Origin: an uncultured Gemmatimonadota bacterium
GTDB taxonomy: Bacteria; JAAXHH01
NCBI GenBank assembly: GCA_951812955.1
Contig: OX638340.1
Span: 1,408,001 to 1,472,000 of the forward strand
DNA length: 64,000 nucleotides
Direction: 5' to 3'
Positions 9,593 through 19,283 of this stretch are shown here, piece after piece; the stretch's first letter is position 1, and each line of letters starts with the position of its first letter. The notes beneath the pieces were generated by a model. The model was given only the letters and a program-made list of their open reading frames with translations. It made no database searches and was not told the DNA's origin. Position numbers and translations under genes: made by a program.

Positions 9593-10342
9593 ATGCATAG
9601 ACTCGAGGGACAGGTGGCCTGGGTCACCGGCGCGGGTACCGGCATCGGACGTGGAATCGCGATGGCCCTGGCGCGGGAAGGGGCGGACGTGATACTCTCC
9701 AGCAGGCGGCGCGAGCCGCTTGCAGAGGTTGCCGGACAGGTGGAGGCCGCAGGACGGCGCGCAGCCGTGGCCCCCATGGACGTGACCGACAGGGACCAGG
9801 TCCGCGAAGCGGTCGCCGCGGCGGAGGAACGGCTGGGCCCCGTGTCGGTCCTGGTGAACAACGCCGGCGTCAATACGCCCCTTCGCACCGCCACCGAGAT
9901 GGCGGTGGAGGACTGGGACCTGGTCGTGGACATCAACCTGACGGGTGCGTTTAACTGTTTTCGCGCGGTTTACGAACAGATGAAGGCCCGCGGCGAAGGC
10001 AACATAATCAACGTGGCGTCCATGGCCGGACGCCAGGTTTCCCTCCTAGGAGGAGCCGCTTACTGCGCGTCCAAGCACGGCATGGTCTCGCTGACCCATT
10101 CGATCAACCTGGAAGCCGCAGAATTCGGTCTCCGAGCCTGCGCCATCCTGCCGGGCGAAGTGAAAACACCCATCCTGAAAAACCGGCCCCAGCCCGTATC
10201 GGAAAAGCGTCTGACCTTGATGCTCACGCCCGATGACATCGCGAATACGGTCGTATTCGTCCTTTGCCAGCCCGCCCACGTGGTCATACCCGAGATGTGG
10301 GTCATGCCCGCCTACCAGGTATCGGCGCAGCCCCTTCCATGA
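9593..10342 (+). CDS. SDR family oxidoreductase
   Basis: [13 protein letters not shown] glycine motif. YCASK catalytic motif. Internal ATG at 9593 chosen; the track ORF 9185 is an upstream extension. Confidence 0.8.
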   Translation: MHRLEGQVAWVTGAGTGIGRGIAMALAREGADVILSSRRREPLAEVAGQVEAAGRRAAVAPMDVTDRDQVREAVAAAEERLGPVSVLVNNAGVNTPLRTATEMAVEDWDLVVDINLTGAFNCFRAVYEQMKARGEGNIINVASMAGRQVSLLGGAAYCASKHGMVSLTHSINLEAAEFGLRACAILPGEVKTPILKNRPQPVSEKRLTLMLTPDDIANTVVFVLCQPAHVVIPEMWVMPAYQVSAQPLP

Positions 10343-10436
10343 CACCCTTCCTAAGCGCGGCATCGGGTCTCTCCCAGGATCCTGGAAGGCCTGTTTGCGA
10401 TTGACAGCGACCCGGCGTTGGCGTAATTTCGAGAGG

Positions 10437-10545
10437 GCACTGAAGCCGTGTCCGGGCCTGAAGCCGTGTCCGGGCCTGAAGCCGTGTCCGGGCCTGAAGC
10501 CGCGGCCGGGCCTGAAGCCGCGTCCGGGCCTGAAGCCGCGTCGAC
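10437..10545. repeat. 18-bp tandem repeat x6 (ctgaagccgtgtccgggc, later copies gcggcc/gcgtcc variants)
   Basis: Direct reading. Immediately upstream of the first NtrC-like gene. Would encode (SGPEAV)n if translated from the GTG at 10448. Confidence 0.9.
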
Positions 10546-10573
10546 CTTTCCCTTGCCATCCACACCTTATACC

Positions 10574-12229
10574 ATGAACGGTCCGACAGAATCCGTCATC
10601 CTGCTGGTTGAAGGTTCCTCCCGCGGTCGGGACGAAAAACACTACGGCCTGACTCAGCGCGGTTACCAGGTGATCGCCGTGGAGAGCAGCGACCATGCGC
10701 TCAATGTCCTTGCCGCGGAATCCCCGGATGTCATCATATCGGACCTCAACGCACCGGGCATAGACGGTCTGCGCCTGATGGGCGTCGCACTCGGCAGGAA
10801 TCCGGAGGTCGGCGTAATCCTGACGACGGAACCCGGTTCCATGGGCCTGGCCGTCGCCGCCATGAAGGAGGGAGCATACGACGTACTGGAAACACCCGTG
10901 TACGTTGAAAAGCTCGCGGCCGAGATCGAAAAGATCCTGGACCGGCAGCGCATCGTTCAGGAAAACCGGAAACTTCTGCACCAGTTGGACAACCGGTATG
11001 GGTTCGAGAACATCGTGGGACGGTCCGCGTCCATGCAGCGCATACGAGAGCAGATTCTGCAGATCGCCGATACCCAGTCCACGGTGTTGATCTTCGGTGA
11101 GAGCGGCACTGGCAAGGAACTGGTGGCCCATGCCCTGCACCACGGCAGTTCCCGCCGGAACAAGTCCTTTGTGCCCGTATTCTGCAACGCCCTCTCGGAA
11201 GGGGTGATCGAAAGCGAACTGTTCGGCCACGAAAGAGGCGCTTTCACGAATGCGGTCAAGACGTACAAGGGACGGTTTGAACTGGCTGACGGCGGCTCGC
11301 TTTTTCTCGACGAGGTGGGTGAACTTGCGCCGTCCACGCAGGTGAAGCTGCTGAGGGTCCTGCAGGAACGCAAGTTCCAGCGGGTGGGCAACGGGAACTG
11401 GCTCAGGACGGACACGCGGGTCATCGCGGCGACGAACCGGGACCTGGAAGCCGAAATCGAAAACGGGCGCTTCCGGGAAGACCTCTATTACCGACTGAGA
11501 GTCGTGACCATCTCTCTCCCTCCCCTGCGAGAGCGTAAAGAAGACCTGCCCCTGCTGATCGATCACTGCATTCGACGCTTCAGCGAACGGGAGAACAAAC
11601 CTATCGAGCGTATCGACCCGCAGGCCCTGGAACTGCTGTCGACCTACCACTGGCCGGGAAACGTGCGGCAACTGGAGAACTGCATCGAGGGCATGATCGT
11701 CATGGGCACCGGGAAAACACTGACCGTGGAGGACGTCCCGGAATTCATACGGCATACACGGTCGGAATCTCCAGCGGTCCCGTTGAACGACGACCCGGAG
11801 CGCCGGGACGACATCTCGCCGGACTTCATCCGCTACCTGGCCGGTAAAATCGCCGAACAGCGCAATGTGCCCGTGCGAAGCCTCACCGACGGAGCCCTGG
11901 CCGTACTTTCCGCGATCGACTGGTCGGAGGACGGCGGATCGCTGCGCCGCTGTCTGGAAACCATGGTTTTGCTCGCCGACGGGGCCGCCCTGGACGTGGA
12001 GGACATCCCGGTGGAGTTTCTGCTCGTCCGTTCCGGCCGTCCTGATGAGGGTGGAGAGGACGCAGACGGGGTGGACATCAGGGTGGGCATGTCGATGAAG
12101 GAAAGCGAACGGCGGCTGATCGCTGCGACCCTGGCCGCATGCGGCCGGAACAAGGCGCGGACCGCGCGGGTACTGCAGATCGGCCAGCGCACCCTCTTTC
12201 GGAAAATAAAGGCCTATCACCTGGAATAG
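10574..12229 (+). CDS. sigma-54-dependent response regulator (NtrC family)
   Basis: Receiver domain (VILLVEG...[14 protein letters not shown]). AAA+ sigma-54 activator domain ([26 protein letters not shown]). C-terminal Fis-type HTH. Confidence 0.85.
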   Translation: MNGPTESVILLVEGSSRGRDEKHYGLTQRGYQVIAVESSDHALNVLAAESPDVIISDLNAPGIDGLRLMGVALGRNPEVGVILTTEPGSMGLAVAAMKEGAYDVLETPVYVEKLAAEIEKILDRQRIVQENRKLLHQLDNRYGFENIVGRSASMQRIREQILQIADTQSTVLIFGESGTGKELVAHALHHGSSRRNKSFVPVFCNALSEGVIESELFGHERGAFTNAVKTYKGRFELADGGSLFLDEVGELAPSTQVKLLRVLQERKFQRVGNGNWLRTDTRVIAATNRDLEAEIENGRFREDLYYRLRVVTISLPPLRERKEDLPLLIDHCIRRFSERENKPIERIDPQALELLSTYHWPGNVRQLENCIEGMIVMGTGKTLTVEDVPEFIRHTRSESPAVPLNDDPERRDDISPDFIRYLAGKIAEQRNVPVRSLTDGALAVLSAIDWSEDGGSLRRCLETMVLLADGAALDVEDIPVEFLLVRSGRPDEGGEDADGVDIRVGMSMKESERRLIAATLAACGRNKARTARVLQIGQRTLFRKIKAYHLE

Positions 12230-12232
12230 TGT

Positions 12233-13816
12233 TTGCCGAGGAGTCCCGCATTGGAAGGTCGGACGATACTTGTCGTCGACGGCGAAGAAGACAGCCGGCG
12301 CCACGCGGCGCGCATCCTGCGGGATGGGGGGTACGACGTGCAGGAGACCGGCGCCGCGGCCGAGGCGCTGAGCACGATGAGGAAGGACCCGCCGGATGCC
12401 GTCCTCATCGATCTCGCCTTGAGCGACGCCGATCCGGAACGATTGATACGCACCATTTCGGGGAAATACCCCGATATCGATATCGTTCTCACCACGCGGC
12501 AGCGCAAGGCGCCCGGCCAGTACCGCCGGCTCGACGTCAGCGACTATATCGAGAAACCGGCCGATGCCGGGGAACTGTTGACCAAGATGCGCATGCTGGA
12601 CCTGCGCCGTGAGTTTCACCGGCGGTTCCAGCTCGTTGGCAGGGACGAGCGCTTCATCGCTGCCATGGAATCGGTGCTCCAGGTGGCGCCCACGGGAATC
12701 CAGGTCCTGCTCACCGGAGAAAGCGGCACCGGCAAGGAGGGATTCGCCCGGGCGATACACCACTACAGCGATCGACGGGACGGGCCCTTCATTCCTATAA
12801 ACTGCGGCGCCATTGCCGAAGGCGTGTTGGAAAGCGAGCTGTTCGGCCACGAAAAAGGCGCGTTTACAGACGCCAAGGGCCAGCGTAAGGGATACTTCGA
12901 ACAGGCCGACGGCGGCACGCTGCTTCTCGACGAAATCGGCGATATGCCCCGTTCCACACAGGTGAAGCTGCTGCGCGTCCTGGAGCAGCAGGAATTCATC
13001 CGGGTCGGCGGCTCGACACCGGTGAAGACCGACGTCCGCCTGGTCGCCTCGACCAATCGGGATCTCGCGGAGGACATCAGGGACGGGACGTTTCGTCAGG
13101 ATCTATACTACCGGCTCAACGCGGTGAACATCCACTTGCCCGCGCTGCGTGAACGCCGCGAGGACATTCCCAGGCTGATTCACCACTTCATCCACGCGGC
13201 ACAGGAAAAGCACGGCGTGTCACCTCCCGTTTTCACGGAGGAAGCCCTGGCGACCCTCAAGGACTACGAATGGCCGGGCAACATCCGGGAACTGCGGCAC
13301 CTGGTCGAGTCCCTCGTGGTCACGTCGGGCAAATCCAGGATCGAAGCGGAAGACCTGCCGGATGCGATCTACACGCCGCCCATGGATAACCGCGCCCTGC
13401 CCGTCCCGCAGCACCGGAACCCGGATGACATGGACCGGGAGATGTTCTACAAGATCCTCTGGCAGATCCTGACCGCCATCCACGAGCTCCCCGCCAAGAT
13501 CTCCGCGGCCATTGGCGGCCGAGGCCCCGATGTGCTTCCCGATCGATTTCAACTGCCGCCCCCGGGAGAAGCGGAGCAGGACGACGGACCGCCCTCAGGG
13601 GAAGCTGGACCTGGCTTGGAACGGCCGGCCGTGGTGGTTTCGAGCGATGACGAACTGGACCGGCTGCGCTCGATGGAAGACTGGGAGCGGGAGGCCATCC
13701 GGCGGGCGCTAGAGCGCAATGGCGGGCACAGGGGCCGGGCCGCCCGGGAACTCGGCATCAGCGAGCGGTCAATCTACCGCAAGATCCGGGACTACGGCCT
13801 GGACGAATACGCCTGA
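12233..13816 (+). CDS. sigma-54-dependent response regulator (NtrC family), second paralog
   Basis: TTG start. Receiver domain (ILVVDGEED...DAVLIDLALSD). GESGTGKE and [12 protein letters not shown] motifs. C-terminal HTH AARELGISERSIYRKIRDYG. Confidence 0.85.
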   Translation: MPRSPALEGRTILVVDGEEDSRRHAARILRDGGYDVQETGAAAEALSTMRKDPPDAVLIDLALSDADPERLIRTISGKYPDIDIVLTTRQRKAPGQYRRLDVSDYIEKPADAGELLTKMRMLDLRREFHRRFQLVGRDERFIAAMESVLQVAPTGIQVLLTGESGTGKEGFARAIHHYSDRRDGPFIPINCGAIAEGVLESELFGHEKGAFTDAKGQRKGYFEQADGGTLLLDEIGDMPRSTQVKLLRVLEQQEFIRVGGSTPVKTDVRLVASTNRDLAEDIRDGTFRQDLYYRLNAVNIHLPALRERREDIPRLIHHFIHAAQEKHGVSPPVFTEEALATLKDYEWPGNIRELRHLVESLVVTSGKSRIEAEDLPDAIYTPPMDNRALPVPQHRNPDDMDREMFYKILWQILTAIHELPAKISAAIGGRGPDVLPDRFQLPPPGEAEQDDGPPSGEAGPGLERPAVVVSSDDELDRLRSMEDWEREAIRRALERNGGHRGRAARELGISERSIYRKIRDYGLDEYA

Positions 13817-13922
13817 TCCTTTCAGCCGATGCGCCCGGCGAAAATGCTTGACAAATCGCCCGTAAAGTACCGAATTTGGCTGGAAGCATTTTAAACTCAT
13901 TACCGCGAAAGGAGCAGCGAAA

Positions 13923-14246
13923 GTGGGAAATCCAACAGCGATCACAGACGACCAATTCGAGACCGAAGTAATCAACAGCAGCACGCCTGTACTGGTCGAT
14001 TTCTGGGCGGAATGGTGCGGGCCCTGCAAGGCCGTCGCCCCCACGCTTGTCGAGCTGGCGGGCGACTATGACGGACGCTTGAAAATCGTCAAGGTCGACG
14101 TGGACGAAAACCGGGAAGCAGCCACCCGTTTCGGTATCCGGAGTATTCCGAGCCTGTTGATATTCAAGGACGGGGCCGAAGTGGACCGGATTATCGGCGC
14201 GCTCCCCAAGCAGCAACTCGCCGAAAAGATCGACGGTCATCTGTAG
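13923..14246 (+). CDS. trxA: thioredoxin
   Basis: WAEWCGPCK active site. 107 aa. GTG start. Confidence 0.9.
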   Translation: MGNPTAITDDQFETEVINSSTPVLVDFWAEWCGPCKAVAPTLVELAGDYDGRLKIVKVDVDENREAATRFGIRSIPSLLIFKDGAEVDRIIGALPKQQLAEKIDGHL

Positions 14247-15099
14247 CAATTATGTGTCAGTAGTGTTTTTTTTGTCCTCTTGCTTTGAGATGCGTGACCA
14301 TAGGCTACTTACATAACACCCAAAGATACTAATCTATCGTAATTGATGTATCTTAGGAGTTGTGGTGTAACCAATTGATATTTTTATATTTAAGTTAAAA
14401 ACCCATTTGAGTTCTGCCTTTGCGAGAGGCTATGTATAACTTAGGTCTAGTAATCAATTTATATAAACTCCATCAGACTACTCCAAACAGTCCATCCACA
14501 CACCCCCGTAACCATACCCTCCAGTTTTTCCGTTTCTAGCCCCACGACGCAATAAACACTCCATATAAAATCTAACGACTATTCTGTCTTCGTACCGCGG
14601 CAATGTGATCTATATCCAAGTATTGGCTATATCGGTACTGTTCTATAGATCCTTACATTTGATTCAATGGCCTAAGCACTAGCTTCTACACCGTACCATA
14701 ATACCAGATGGCGTAATATTGCGCGTCAGACTGAGTTATCGATTTGCCGTTTTAAAGACAGTATGGGGTTTTACCTGTGGTGGCGAAAATAACAACCAAT
14801 GCCTACCAGCTTGTTATTTCTACTTGATTGCAATCGTTTAAATTAAGTTTGGCTATTTATGGCGAATAAAAGTGGATATTGTCTCAAAATGATATATTAG
14901 GTAAAAATAATCAACTTTAAATTATGACAGTATAAACTGTATAAATTATTGTAATTAGATTCTATTAGTGTTGTTAATTGATTTATTCTGTATGCAGGTG
15001 ATGATATTTTGATCTTGACTTAAGATTATGGATCATTTTATTTAGTGCAGTCATAGTTGGAAATATCACATTGACCGATCATCCAGGGAGGATTACATC

Positions 15100-15522
15100 A
15101 TGGAAGGGTCAGATAGGAGAAGAGATGAGGATTATGTTAATATGCAACGCTTCGTTAAACTTGAACAAAGAGTTGAGAAGCTGGAGCTGTTATTCAACGA
15201 TAAACCATCGGTGCCAATTAAGCCAAAGAAGGAAACATTGCGTGAGTTTATTAAAGGAAAACAGCCACGAAATGATGTAGAAAGAACTATATGCATCCTT
15301 TACTACCGTGAGTTGACAGAAGGCATGGGCGAAACAACTTCCACTGACTTGAAAAATGGATTTAGGCACGCGCGGGAAAAGGTGCCAGCAAATGTATCCG
15401 CTAAACTGGGATTATGCGCTAAGAGAGGGTTCATTGACAGCGTTAGGGAAGAAAAAGGAAAGATCTACTGGTCGATAACAAATACTGGTATTGATTTTGT
15501 GGATGGGCTTAAAACGGAGTGA
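15100..15522 (+). CDS. island protein A: N-terminal coiled-coil plus C-terminal winged-helix-like module (hypothetical)
   Basis: Strong SD (gggagga) before ATG at 15100. AT-rich codon usage. C-terminal KQPRNDVERTICILYYRELTEG...DL shared with ORFs B and C. Confidence 0.65.
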   Translation: MEGSDRRRDEDYVNMQRFVKLEQRVEKLELLFNDKPSVPIKPKKETLREFIKGKQPRNDVERTICILYYRELTEGMGETTSTDLKNGFRHAREKVPANVSAKLGLCAKRGFIDSVREEKGKIYWSITNTGIDFVDGLKTE

Positions 15523-15529
15523 TGAACCT

Positions 15530-16057
15530 ATGAACCTTGTAGATATTGTTAAACAATCTGAAAATGTTGTGGAAGAAAGCAAGGTTAGTGAGGAATATCG
15601 GGCCACTGCCTTTAAAACTGTATTGGAGTTTCTATTAAGTAACAATGATCCATCGATGGACGCACATTCTTCAAACAACATTATTGTAGACCGGACTCAA
15701 GTAACTGTAGTTGAAAACGGTGATTATGAGGAACTTATAGCTGTTAAACAGCCAAAAAACGATTATGAAATCGTAGCCTGCATCGTATATCACTTAACTG
15801 GTGGGATTGTATCAAATTCAGTTACTAGAGTTGAGTTGCTAGATTACATACATCAGAACCCGGGAAACCTTAAAGGTCTTAAGAATCTGAGTGGCGTTAT
15901 TAAGCATACAAGAAGTAATCCATATTATGGATACATAGAAAATGTTAAAGATGCTGAAGAATCCAGTTTTCGACTTTCTGCTCGAGGAAAACAGTTGATA
16001 GATCGATTGCCTGGTAGAGAAGATAAAAAACGTGTAAGATCTACTACTAAAAACTGA
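15530..16057 (+). CDS. island protein B: hypothetical, paralogous winged-helix-like module
   Basis: ATG 15530 with ggag upstream, overlapping the end of ORF A. KQPKNDYEIVACIVYHLTGG...VELLDYI aligns with ORF A residues 66-100. Confidence 0.6.
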   Translation: MNLVDIVKQSENVVEESKVSEEYRATAFKTVLEFLLSNNDPSMDAHSSNNIIVDRTQVTVVENGDYEELIAVKQPKNDYEIVACIVYHLTGGIVSNSVTRVELLDYIHQNPGNLKGLKNLSGVIKHTRSNPYYGYIENVKDAEESSFRLSARGKQLIDRLPGREDKKRVRSTTKN

Positions 16058-16074
16058 GTCTACTGGAGTTCTTA

Positions 16075-16863
16075 ATGGATTTAATGGTCAAAGATGTAGA
16101 AACTATACTTGTCTCGACTTTTAAGCGAAATTATGTCCATTCCGTGTTAAATCATTATACAAAAGCAGTTGAAGGTTTTGTCTGTAGAAACTGGGATTCT
16201 GCACTGACTAATGCTGGAAAATTCGTGGAAGCATCATTGAAAGTACTATGTTCATTTACAGGGAGCGAAGTACCCGGAGGTCCGAAGTTTAAAGTTGATA
16301 AGGCTATCGTTTCTCTTGAGCAAACTAATGCAGATACTGATCGATCTGTAAGACTAACTATACCACGAGCTTGTCGGTTTCTTTTTGATATAGTCAGTAA
16401 TCGTGGCGCTCGACATGACTCCGACGAATTTACCCCATCTAAAGCAGATGCAAGTGTAGTATTACCAACTATTTCATGGATTCTTGCGGAAATGTTACGT
16501 CTAGCTAGCAGGAACGTATCTGATAGTGGTAAGGTCGAAGAATTGATTGATCAAATCACAGCAAAAAAGAACCCAATCTACGAAACTATCGACGGCAGGA
16601 CGTATGTAAACCACCCTGGACTTTCTTTAAACAAAATAGCAATGTTATTACTGTATAAAGCCTATCCTAGAAGGATTCTTAGGAGAGACCTAGCAGAACA
16701 ACTCAAACTTAATAATAGCAGTTCCAAAAAACCTGCGATCAGAATGGCTTTGACACGTCTTAAAGACATTGTGGATGAAAACGATAGTGGAATGGTTATA
16801 CGTCAAAATGGCAGAGAACAAGCTGAAACATTGATCTCCTTTATAAGTACAGACGGTCATTAA
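16075..16863 (+). CDS. island protein C: hypothetical alpha-helical N-domain plus C-terminal wHTH-like module
   Basis: SD ctggag upstream. C-terminal KIAMLLLYKAYPRRILRRDLAEQL resembles the shared module. N-domain has an NRGARHDS patch with no confident family match. Confidence 0.6.
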   Translation: MDLMVKDVETILVSTFKRNYVHSVLNHYTKAVEGFVCRNWDSALTNAGKFVEASLKVLCSFTGSEVPGGPKFKVDKAIVSLEQTNADTDRSVRLTIPRACRFLFDIVSNRGARHDSDEFTPSKADASVVLPTISWILAEMLRLASRNVSDSGKVEELIDQITAKKNPIYETIDGRTYVNHPGLSLNKIAMLLLYKAYPRRILRRDLAEQLKLNNSSSKKPAIRMALTRLKDIVDENDSGMVIRQNGREQAETLISFISTDGH

Positions 16864-16997
16864 ATCGCGAAACTGCGTTAGTGGCTGTTATGTGATACGA
16901 TAATAGTCAGTTGGAGACGGGAATGTAGCTACCTGCTCTCCCGGCTTTTGTATATGATCCGGTCTGAAGGATCGAACAGCATGCGGAGACCAGGGAC

Positions 16998-17909
16998 ATG
17001 CAGGGCGTCGTACGCAGACTGAAAGACGGTTTGGCCAGAACGCGGGACGGACTGGTACGAAGGATCGACCAGGCCGTGGGACGGTATGACCGCATCGACG
17101 AAGACCTGCTGGAGGAAATCGAATCCATCCTGCTGCAGACCGACGTGGGCATGGAAACGACCATGCGGATCATCGACGGACTGCGCGACCGCGCGGTCGA
17201 CAGCCGGACCCGGAATCCCGAAGACCTCATGAGGCTGCTCCGCGAGGAAATGGCGGGTATCCTGAGCGATCCGGCACCTGCTGAATCAGACCGCAGTCCC
17301 CATGTCATCATGGTCGTGGGCGTCAACGGGTCGGGCAAAACGACGACCGCGGGGAAGATGGCGGCGCGTTATGTCCGGGAAGGGAAGAAGGTTCTGCTGG
17401 CCGCGGCGGATACTTTCCGCGCGGCGGCCATCGATCAGCTGGAAGTCTGGGCGCGCCGGGCGGAGGCGGACCTCATCCGTCACCAGCACGGTTCCGATCC
17501 GTCGGCCGTGGCCTTCGACGCGATGCAGGCCGCCCTGTCCCGGAATGCGGACGTCCTCATCATCGACACGGCGGGCAGGTTGCACACCAAGGACAACCTG
17601 ATGGAGGAACTGAAGAAGATCAAGCGTACCCTCGGCAGGCAACTGGACGGCGCCCCCCACGAGGTGCTGCTCGTTCTCGACGGCACGACGGGACAGAATG
17701 CGCTATCCCAGGCCCGCGTCTTCAGCGAAGCCCTGGGCGGACTGACTGGCATCGCGCTTACGAAGCTGGACGGGACCGCCCGAGGCGGCATCGTGTTCGC
17801 CATCGGCGAGCAACTGGCCGTTCCCGTCAAACTCATCGGCGTGGGTGAAAGCATCGAGGATCTGCAGGATTTCGACGCCCCAGCCTTCGTGGAAGCCCTC
17901 TTCGACTGA
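16998..17909 (+). CDS. ftsY: signal recognition particle receptor FtsY
   Basis: GVNGSGKTTTAGKMA P-loop. SRP GTPase motifs DTAGR and TKLDG. Confidence 0.9.
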   Translation: MQGVVRRLKDGLARTRDGLVRRIDQAVGRYDRIDEDLLEEIESILLQTDVGMETTMRIIDGLRDRAVDSRTRNPEDLMRLLREEMAGILSDPAPAESDRSPHVIMVVGVNGSGKTTTAGKMAARYVREGKKVLLAAADTFRAAAIDQLEVWARRAEADLIRHQHGSDPSAVAFDAMQAALSRNADVLIIDTAGRLHTKDNLMEELKKIKRTLGRQLDGAPHEVLLVLDGTTGQNALSQARVFSEALGGLTGIALTKLDGTARGGIVFAIGEQLAVPVKLIGVGESIEDLQDFDAPAFVEALFD

Positions 17910-17951
17910 TACCTTCGACTGACACATTCGACTGACACACTGGAGTATCAC

Positions 17952-19187
17952 ATGCCCCAGCTGGCCATAAACGGAGCGGCGCCGGTACGGACAAAACCCT
18001 TTCCCGCCTGGCCCATGAACCTCGACGAGAGCGCTCAGGCCGCCGCCGAAACCGTGCGCTCGGGCCGGTGGGGTAGCATCCAGGGCGAGCAGGTGCGCAG
18101 CTTGGAACAGCGCTTCGCAGCTTTTCAGCAGGCCGCCCACGGCATCGCCGTCAGCAACGGAACTACGGCGCTCTGCCTCGCGCTGCAGGCGGTCGGCATC
18201 GAACCCGGCGACGAAGTCATCGTATCGGCCTATACGTTTATTGCATCAGCCAGTTCGATCGTGATGTCGAACGCCGTTCCCGTGTTCGTCGACATTGATC
18301 CACATACCTACAATCTGGATCCCGACCGGGTCGAACAGGCGGTCACCTCGCGGACCCGGGCCGTGATGGCGGTGCATTTCGCGGGTCTGCCAGCGGATAT
18401 GGATCGGCTGGGCGAGATCGCCGGCCGACACGGCCTGGCTGTGATCGAAGACGCTGCCCAGGCCCACGGCGCACGTTGGGGAGGACGGAGCGTGGGCGGC
18501 ATCGGCGCGATCGGTGCCTTCAGCTTCCAGTCCTCCAAGAACCTCAACGCCGGCGAGGGGGGCATCATGCTCACCGACGACGACGATCTGGCGGAGGCGG
18601 CGCGGTCCCTAGCGGACTGCGGGCACGTCGCGCCGGGCCCCCGGTACAACCACTACCGCATGGCCGGCAACAACCGGATGACCGAGATACAGGGCGCCGT
18701 GCTCCTGGCCCAGATGGCGCACCTGGAGACCCAGACCGACCTGCGGCACGCGAACGGCGATTACCTGACCGAACGCCTCGGAGCGGTCCCCGGCATCGTC
18801 CCGGTGTCCCGGCCCGCGAAGTGCGACCGGCACGCGCGCCACATCTACATGTTCAAGTACAGCGCGAACGCCTTCGGAGGGATCTCGAAAACACGTTTCA
18901 TCGAGGCCCTGCGCGCCGAAGGGATCCCCGCCAGTCCCGGCTATTCCATTCCGCTATACAAACAGCCGGTGTTCAGGAACCGGAACTATGGTATCTACCA
19001 GAGTCCGGCGCTGTCGGACGTCGACTACGATGCGTTATATATGCCGGTAACGGAAAGGGCGTGCAGCTCTGAGGCGGTCTGGTTCACGCAGTCTGTGTTG
19101 CTGGGCAGCCGGGACGACATGGACGACATCGTCCGGGCGGTCGCGAAGATTGGGAATCACCGCGACGAATTGGGGGAAACCGGTTAG
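17952..19187 (+). CDS. DegT/DnrJ/EryC1/StrS family PLP-dependent aminotransferase
   Basis: Family-typical N-terminus, and FQSSKNL region containing the PLP-binding lysine. Confidence 0.8.
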   Translation: MPQLAINGAAPVRTKPFPAWPMNLDESAQAAAETVRSGRWGSIQGEQVRSLEQRFAAFQQAAHGIAVSNGTTALCLALQAVGIEPGDEVIVSAYTFIASASSIVMSNAVPVFVDIDPHTYNLDPDRVEQAVTSRTRAVMAVHFAGLPADMDRLGEIAGRHGLAVIEDAAQAHGARWGGRSVGGIGAIGAFSFQSSKNLNAGEGGIMLTDDDDLAEAARSLADCGHVAPGPRYNHYRMAGNNRMTEIQGAVLLAQMAHLETQTDLRHANGDYLTERLGAVPGIVPVSRPAKCDRHARHIYMFKYSANAFGGISKTRFIEALRAEGIPASPGYSIPLYKQPVFRNRNYGIYQSPALSDVDYDALYMPVTERACSSEAVWFTQSVLLGSRDDMDDIVRAVAKIGNHRDELGETG

Positions 19188-19283
19188 CACGCGGCGCTTG
19201 TTGCAGTGCGGGGCACCTGTGTCGCGGGCCTGTTTCAGAGAAGGCCGCCTGAGTCGCGAGGCGCTTGTTGCAGTGCGGCCGCT

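Larger units (their letters stand above)
14250..16925. other. low-GC (~35-38%) horizontally acquired island between trxA and ftsY
   Basis: Abrupt GC drop of about 30 points relative to both flanks. ~850 bp non-coding AT-rich leader followed by three co-directional ORFs. Confidence 0.85.

Noticed and set aside
10046-12850. 934-aa ORF antisense to the two NtrC-type regulators
   Set aside because: Same high-GC antisense artefact. No domain-like sequence; the opposite strand encodes clear sigma-54 activators.
15071-15280. 69-aa ORF overlapping island ORF A in another frame
   Set aside because: Out of frame with the SD-preceded 140-aa ORF. Contains Cys/His-rich low-complexity; likely spurious.
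14250-16925. Considered prophage or integrative element for the AT-rich island
   Set aside because: No integrase, recombinase, transposase, capsid/terminase-like ORF or tRNA attachment site. Only three small ORFs. Kept as an acquired cassette of unknown type.
18476-19072. 198-aa Arg/Pro-rich ORF inside the DegT aminotransferase gene
   Set aside because: Alternative-frame artefact; extreme Arg/Pro composition.
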